Origin: Paraspadella gotoi
Taxonomy: Eukaryota > Animalia > Chaetognatha
Length of the DNA: 29,849 nucleotides
Reading direction: 5' to 3'
NCBI GenBank assembly: GCA_051294375.1
Contig: JBJCIZ010000322.1
Location: forward strand, 1 to 29,849
A program made the position numbers and the translations under genes. Each line of letters starts with the position of its first letter. Position 1 is the stretch's first letter. Of the stretch, positions 22,772 through 29,849 are shown in pieces. The notes under the pieces are model-generated. The model was given only the letters and a program-made list of their open reading frames with translations, ran no database searches and was not told where the DNA came from.

Positions 22772-25700
22772 NNNNNNNNNNNNNNNNNNNNNNNNNNNNN
22801 NNNNNNNNNNNNNNNNNNNNNNNNNNNNNNNNNNNNNNNNNNNNNNNNNNNNNNNNNNNNNNNNNNNNNNNATATAACTTAAATAAGTGATTTAATGATA
22901 ATTTAAAACCAATTGGGGGTTAATTTTACTTCCTCCGAACGCGGTAAACCCAAATTTGGTTACAATTGGATGACNNNNNNNNNNGTGGCACCCCTTTGAT
23001 TAGCTCTTTAGTCAGTGGAGGATGGTATTTTTAGTAGAAAATAATTCCAATCTTCACTAGTCCTTACCTTCTTACTATTTTGATCATTACTTGTCTTTTT
23101 TAAAAAAANNNNNNNNNNNNNNNNNNNNNNNNNNNNNNNNNNNNNNNNNNNNNNNNNNNNNNNNNNNNNNNNNNNNNNNNNNNNNNNNNNNNNNNNNNNN
23201 NNNNNNNNNNNNNNNNNNNNNNNNNNNNNNNNNNNNNNNNNNNNNNNNNNNNNNNNNNNNNNNNNNNNNNNNNNNNNNNNNNNNNNNNNNNNNNNNNNNN
23301 NNNNNNNNNNNNNNNNNNNNNNNNNNNNNNNNNNNNNNNNNNNNNNNNNNNNNNNNNNNNNNNNNNNNNNNNNNNNNNNNNNNNNNNNNNNNNNNNNNNN
23401 NNNNNNNNNNNNNNNNNNNNNNNNNNNNNNGGCGCCTGAGGACTCGGGAGCTTCTGCGCCAAAGAGGAGGCGCCATGAAGGTTCTGATGAAGCAAAAGCG
23501 CCGAAGAGGCGCCGCAAATGCCCGAAGGCGTTTCCCTTCTCCTTTCTCCGGCCGGATTACNNNNNNNNNNNNNNNNNNNNNNNNNNNNNNNNNNNNNNNN
23601 NNNNNNNNNNNNNNNNNNNNNNNNNNNNNNNNNNNNNNNNNNNNNNNNNNNNNNNNNNNNNNNNNNNNNNNNNNNNNNNNNNNNNNNNNNNNNNNNNNNN
23701 NNNNNNNNNNNNNNNNNNNNNNNNNNNNNNNNNNNNNNNNNNNNNNNNNNNNNNNNNNNNNNNNNNNNNNNNNNNNNNNNNNNNNNNNNNNNNNNNNNNN
23801 NNNNNNNNNNNNNNNNNNNNNNNNNNNNNNNNNNNNNNNNNNNNNNNNNNNNNNNNNNNNNNNNNNNNNNNNNNNNNNNNNNNNNNNNNNNNNNNNNNNN
23901 NNNNNNNNNNNNNNNNNNNNNNNNNNNNNNNNNNNNNNNNNNNNNNNNNNNNNNNNNNNNNNNNNNNNNNNNNNNNNNNNNNNNNNNNNNNNNNNNNNNN
24001 NNNNNNNNNNNNNNNNNNNNNNNNNNNNNNNNNNNNNNNNNNNNNNNNNNNNNNNNNNNNNNNNNNNNNNNNNNNNNNNNNNNNNNNNNNNNNNNNNNNN
24101 NNNNNNNNNNNNNNNNNNNNNNNNNNNNNNNNNNNNNNNNNNNNNNNNNNNNNNNNNNNNNNNNNNNNNNNNNNNNNNNNNNNNNNNNNNNNNNNNNNNN
24201 NNNNNNNNNNNNNNNNNNNNNNNNNNNNNNNNNNNNNNNNNNNNNNNNNNNNNNNNNNNNNNNNNNNNNNNNNNNNNNNNNNNNNNNNNNNNNNNNNNNN
24301 NNNNNNNNNNNNNNNNNNNNNNNNNNNNNNNNNNNNNNNNNNNNNNNNNNNNNNNNNNNNNNNNNNNNNNNNNNNNNNNNNNNNNNNNNNNNNNNNNNNN
24401 NNNNNNNNNNNNNNNNNNNNNNNNNNNNNNNNNNNNNNNTCTTGGACCATTTACCCATTATGCAAATGAAAACTCATAAATAGTTATTAAATCGTTCTTC
24501 ATTTGGTAGTTCCTGATCCTTAGACCAAGATGAAGCAATANNNNNNNNNNNNNNNNNNNNNNNNNNNNNNNNNNNNNNNNNNNNNNNNNNNNNNNNNNNN
24601 NNNNNNNNNNNNNNNNNNNNNNNNNNNNNNNNNNNNNNNNNNNNNNNNNNNNNNNNNNNNNNNNNNNNNNNNNNNNNNNNNNNNNNNNNNNNNNNNNNNN
24701 NNNNNNNNNNNNNNNNNNNNNNNNNNNNNNNNNNNNNNNNNNNNNNNNNNNNNNNNNCCGGGGTTAGGGTTAAGGGTGGTTTAGGGTTAGGGGTAGTGAG
24801 AATTAAATGGGTTTAGGGTAATTAGGGATTATTTTTTGGCGAAAGTAAAATTTAGCCTCTTAATCTATAATTACAATTGCTGGATGGCAGTAAATAAAAA
24901 TTTTNNNNNNNNNNNNNNNNNNNNNNNNNNNNNNNNNNNNNNNNNNNNNNNNNNNNNNNNNNNNNNNNNNNNNNNNNNNNNNNNNNNNNNNNNNNNNNNN
25001 NNNNNNNNNNNNNNNNNNNNNNNNNNNNNNNNNNNNNNNNNNNNNNNNNNNNNNNNNNNNNNNNNNNNNNNNNNNNNNNNNNNNNNNNNNNNNNNNNNNN
25101 NNNNATATCGAATTTCGATGACAATCACAAGAAATATCATAAGAGAAAACGAGTCCCGTCACGTNNNNNNNNNNCGGATGACTTCGGTAAACAGATTCCC
25201 TCTCTCCGGAGACGAGATTCAGCGCGATTGGTGGGTCCGGAGAAGAGCGGGAGTTTAACCTTTCGCAGTGCGGCGTCNNNNNNNNNNGAGGCGGCGACTT
25301 GACTGAGAGACACTCGTCGTTAGAGCAAATTCTAAATTTAAACGGACNNNNNNNNNNTACTACTACTAATTAATAAAAGTAATAATCACAATGAAACACA
25401 AACAATTAATCACGAANNNNNNNNNNCAAGAAATACGGGAGATGGAGACGTATAAACAATTATGATTCCAAAGATCGTGTAAAATGTAATCAAAGAACCA
25501 AGAAGAAATAAAACTAAAACAAAATGAGGCACAAATCATAAGGCATTGAAGAGACAGTAATTATTGATAAGTGTTAATGACANNNNNNNNNNNNNNNNNN
25601 NNNNNNNNNNNNNNNNNNNNNNNNNNNNNNNNNNNNNNNNNNNNNNNNNNNNNNNNNNNNNNNNNNNNNNNNNNNNNNNNNNNNNNNNNNNNNNNNNNNN

Positions 25701-28630
25701 NNNNNNNNNNNNNNNNNNNNNNNNNNNNNNNNGGCACCAATGGCCGCTGATGAACGGATGGTGGATTTTAGTTTAGTCCACCATAGCATATATTAAAAGT
25801 AAACGTAAAAGTAAGAAAACCAAATNNNNNNNNNNNNNNNNNNNNNNNNNNNNNNNNNNNNNNNNNNNNNNNNNNNNNNNNNNNNNNNNNNNNNNNNNNN
25901 NNNNNNNNNNNNNNNNNNNNNNNNNNNNNNNNNNNNNNNNNNNNNNNNNNNNNNNNNNNNNNNNNNNNNNNNNNNNNNNNNNNNNNNNNNNNNNNNNNNN
26001 NNNNNNNNNNNNNNNNNNNNNNNNNNNNNNNNNNNGTAAGCTTTCATCAGTATAAAAATAAATTATTTAATAAAAAAATTATTTTCACAAATTTTAAGAG
26101 AAAAAATTTTTAAAAATATTTATTTCATAAATGCATTTGTTTTTACGCTGATAAAAACTTATATTAAAACCGAAATTGATATTTTCTAATAAAACTTATA
26201 GTATATAAACAAACAATTTATTTTTATCTAAAAATAAAAATAATAATTAATATTAATTTAAAACTATTATNNNNNNNNNNNNNNNNNNNNNNNNNNNNNN
26301 NNNNNNNNNNNNNNNNNNNNNNNNNNNNNNNNNNNNNNNNNNNNNNNNNNNNNNNNNNNNNNNNNNNNNNNNNNNNNNNNNNNNNNNNNNNNNNNNNNNN
26401 NNNNNNNNNNNNNNNNNNNNNNNNNNNNNNNNNNNNNNNNNNNNNNNNNNNNNNNNNNNNNNAGTTACCTTCAACTGTTTTTACTTTTTTTGATCAAAAG
26501 GACTAGTTACATTATTATTAATATTATATTTTAATCAGATTTTTTTNNNNNNNNNNNNNNNNNNNNNNNNNNNNNNNNNNNNNNNNNNNNNNNNNNNNNN
26601 NNNNNNNNNNNNNNNNNNNNNNNNNNNNNNNNNNNNNNNNNNNNNNNNNNNNNNNNNNNNNNNNNNNNNNNNNNNNNNNNNNNNNNNNNNNNNNNNNNNN
26701 NNNNNNNNNNNNNNNNNNNNNNNNNNNNNNNNNNNNNNNNNNNNNNNNNNNNNNNNNNNNNNNNNNNNNNNNNNNNNNNNNNNNNNNNNNNNNNNNNNNN
26801 NNNNNNNNNNNNNNNNNNNNNNNNNNNNNNNNNNNNNNNNNNNNNNNNNNNNNNNNNNNNNNNNNTATTTTTTTTGCATAGAACTCTTATATTTTTTGTT
26901 GGATAAAAATAAAATACAGCTTATATGAATTATAAAAAAACAAATTTTTTTATATTTAAATTTTATTTTTCGATTCTTACATTAACAGAGAAGAGATTGT
27001 GTAGAGTGATCTAGGATCTGTTGCGAGGGATCAATGAGGAGTGCAATTGCGCGATGATGTTTCGGGATATGGCACCAGTTATATTTCATGCATCTCTTTT
27101 TATATTTACTCACACTTATTCCACTATGTTTTTTAATATCCACACTTATGATATAGACATTGCCAGATGTTCCTAGGACTTTAGTGAGGTCAGGGTTCAA
27201 GCGCCTCGCGTGTGCTCGCTCTGTACTGCCCAGATATTTGGTAATCGAGCCGACCCCGGCCCTTGGAAACACCGACTTTTTAGCTTCTAAGTTTCCTCTT
27301 CCTCCGGGCTCTTATGCATACCCTAGGCCACCTCTTTCTTTGAGGCTTTGGACAGACGAATGAACTTTTCCTCCGGCGACCAATGGCCGCTGATGAACGG
27401 ATGGTGGGAGTTTAGTTTATCCGCATCCTAGCATATTATGTCAAAAGTAATACGTAAAAGTAAAGAACAACCCAAATTATAAAAAGTCAATACGAAATCA
27501 TCAATCGCAGATGAACGGAGGCAGACGATCCTGAAAGTACCATGAACTGGAAAAAATGTACAAAATACTTATTTTTTAGCCAATAAATAAATTTAATAAT
27601 CACGGTTTTAAATCATTTGTTACCATTTGTAATGAGTTTTATTAAAAATATATTGTCGGTTTAAATGTAAGCTTTCATCAGTATAAAAATAAATTATTTA
27701 ATAAAAAAAAATTATATTTTTTATTTTCACAAATTTAAAAGAAAAATGTTTTAAAAAATATTTATTTCCATAAATGCATTTGTTTTTTACTGCTGAATAA
27801 AACTTTATAATTAAAACCGAAATTGATATTATCTAATAAACTTATAGTATAATAACAAACAACCACTATCATTTTTATCTAAAAATAAAAATAATAATTA
27901 ATATTAATTTAAAACTATTATTTTTAAAATACTAAAATTTTAGTTACTACATTCAAAATAAATATATATATTATAACAAACTGAAATACATTGCTAAAAC
28001 TAGTAAAAGAAAACGAAAATTAAATAGATTAAGAAACTAGCCGACCGGTAAGTACGCTTAGTTACGGTTCGTTGAATATGTTTATAAATTAACCCAATCT
28101 AAATTTAATATATACGTATCCATATTTTACCCAGAAAAAAGTTAACCTTCAACTGTTTGTTTACTCATTTTTTGATCAAAAGGAACTAGTTTACATTATT
28201 TATGGTAATATTATATTTTAATCATGATTTTTTTTGACAGTCATCATCTCTAATCTAGTCCAAAAATAAATAAATAATAATTTTATCTGTACAAAAAATT
28301 TACGCTGAAGGTTTATAACTTTTATTGATACTTAATAATTAAAAAAGAATTCTGAAGCATCACTACAATATTAATATAATTTTTAATAAGCATTTTTTAC
28401 ATATGAATTTAAATTCCACCTTGGAAATTTATCTTAATGAAAAATGATGACATATAACCATTTGACATAGAAAACTGAGAAAAAGCAAAGATTTTTTAAT
28501 AATAATAGTTCTAACACTCAAAATATAAATAAAAAATAATTAGAAATTGATGATAAATAGAAAAGTATAAATATAAAAAAAATAAAAAACATTTTTATAA
28601 AATAAACTATCTTTTTTTTGCATAGACTCT
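22772..28630 (+). other. Gapped/noisy duplicate of earlier sequence (haplotype, segmental duplication or assembly artefact)
   Basis: 22872-25144 matches 566-2904 at an offset of about 22.3 kb. 25143-26884 matches 21307-22771. 27360-28630 is an indel-rich third copy of about 21675-22771. Confidence 0.85.
25547..25785 (-). mobile_element. Family A solo-LTR-like element, copy 4 (interior masked by N)
   Basis: Both termini visible. TSD GCAT (25543-25546 / 25786-25789). The paralogous site at about 21672-21690 (aaggcatatattaaaag) is empty. Confidence 0.85.
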
Positions 28631-28762
28631 ATATTTTTTGCTTGGAGTAAAAATAAATACAGCCTTATATGAACTTATAAAAAAACAAAATTTTTTTTAT
28701 ATTTAAATTTTATTTTTCGGATTCTTACATTAAAAATCTAAAAATATCTGGAAAGTAACCAT

Positions 28763-29033
28763 TGTGACACGACTTGTAATTCCTACCGAGAGTCCGTCCT
28801 CACCCTTGTCTCAATGGCTGAGCAGGTCTAAATCAATCTTCATTCCATCGTGCGTTCCCGGGTTTCAATCCCTGGTATTCCCCGGTCTCTGGCTTAAATG
28901 TGACGGTGCCCTGGTATAGAAAGCATGCCAGTGACAGGAGGCGGTCACCTGAGGGTCCGCAGCCCCTACGCCAGTTGGTGAGATACCCCACCGCGCGCCC
29001 GGTATCACAGCATACTCCTCCCGTGCCTATACA
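28763..29033 (+). mobile_element. Family B-related solo-LTR-like element (271 bp) with tRNA-like boxes and twister at 28889-28974
   Basis: TGT...ACA termini; TSD CCAT (28759-28762 / 29034-29037). A-box TGGCTGAGCAGG, B-box GGTTTCAATCC. Core: CTGGC ttaa ATGT GA CGG tgccctggta TAGaaa GCAT GCC GTGAC/GTCAC stem G AGG GT CCG CAGC CCCT ac GCCAG. Confidence 0.8.
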
Positions 29034-29849
29034 CCATGACAATTTTTTTTTCCATCATCGGTATGNNNNNNNNNNNNNNNNNNNNNNNNNGGTATGAACG
29101 TCATAACCGTAACAGTGTCCTCGAATGGCAATCCGCAAAACAATTTCCACTAATAGAGTCGCTATGTAAAAAAATATTACNNNNNNNNNNTTTCTTTTTG
29201 TAGGCCATTAAAATCATAGATTTAAAAAATTATTTTTATAACTTCCATAAAATTAACAGCAATAATAANNNNNNNNNNAGTTCGAAAATGACAATATTAT
29301 AGTAATCGTATTACGAAGCCTGTTAACTTGTGGGCATAGATTCTTGCAAACTTTTGTAACTTAATCGTGACTCAAAACGCCGAAGTTTTACGAAATCTTT
29401 TTTTTNNNNNNNNNNNNNNNNNNNNNNNNNNNNNNNNNNNNNNNNNNNNNNNNNNNNNNNNNNNNNNNNNNNNNNNNNNNNNNNNNNNNNNNNNNNNNNN
29501 NNNNNNNNNNNNNNNNNNNNNNNNNNNNNNNNNNNNNNNNNNNNNNNNNNNNNNNNNNNNNNNNNNNNNNNNNNNNNNNNNNNNNNNNNNNNNNNNNNNN
29601 NNNNNNNNNNNNNNNNNNNNNNNNNNNNNNNNNNNNNNNNNNNNNNNNNNNNNNNNNNNNNNNNNNNNNNNNNNNNNNNNNNNNNNNNNNNNNNNNNNNN
29701 NNNNNNNNNNNNNNNNNNNNNNNNNNNNNNNNNNNNNNNNNNNNNNNNNNNNNNNNNNNNNNNNACTAATTGATCTCTCGATCAGTTAAAAAGAAATAGT
29801 TAAGTCCGTCGATACGTGGAAAATAAAGCCCGAAAAACCAGTTAATTGG

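Noticed and set aside
26982-27360. ORFs or a novel insert in the GC-richer stretch
   Set aside because: It leads into an indel-rich duplicate and has no motifs; probably low-quality read sequence.
23008-29789. Long ORFs in the ORF track
   Set aside because: They are artefacts of N runs.

Overview
AT-rich eukaryotic (probably invertebrate animal) genomic window made mostly of mobile DNA; there is no prokaryotic operon structure. Coding content: (i) an apparently intact two-exon DDE transposase of the hAT-related CxxH group (- strand, 11589..11361 + 10710..7634, about 1101 aa) and (ii) an intronless SGNH/GDSL hydrolase split by a 1-nt frameshift (2737..3346, -). The main hidden signal is RNA-level. 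At least 9 short solo-LTR-like inserts from several divergent families carry a circularly permuted (type-P5) twister ribozyme fold, and six inserts have exact 4-bp target-site duplications. The best-preserved ones place a tRNA-like Pol III promoter directly upstream of the twister. The twisters show compensatory pseudoknot changes between families and a near-palindromic, loop-less P1, suggesting a 'tRNA + twister' LTR-retrozyme/TRIM system. Independently, at least five loci carry Penelope/retrozyme-type minimal hammerhead motifs, one of them split by a twister element. Several TIR elements, a long foldback and minisatellites are also present. From about 22772 onward the sequence is an N-riddled, partly noisy re-copy of 566-2904 and 21307-22771, so it is probably a haplotype or assembly artefact. 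All structures were read by eye; no folding or database search was run.
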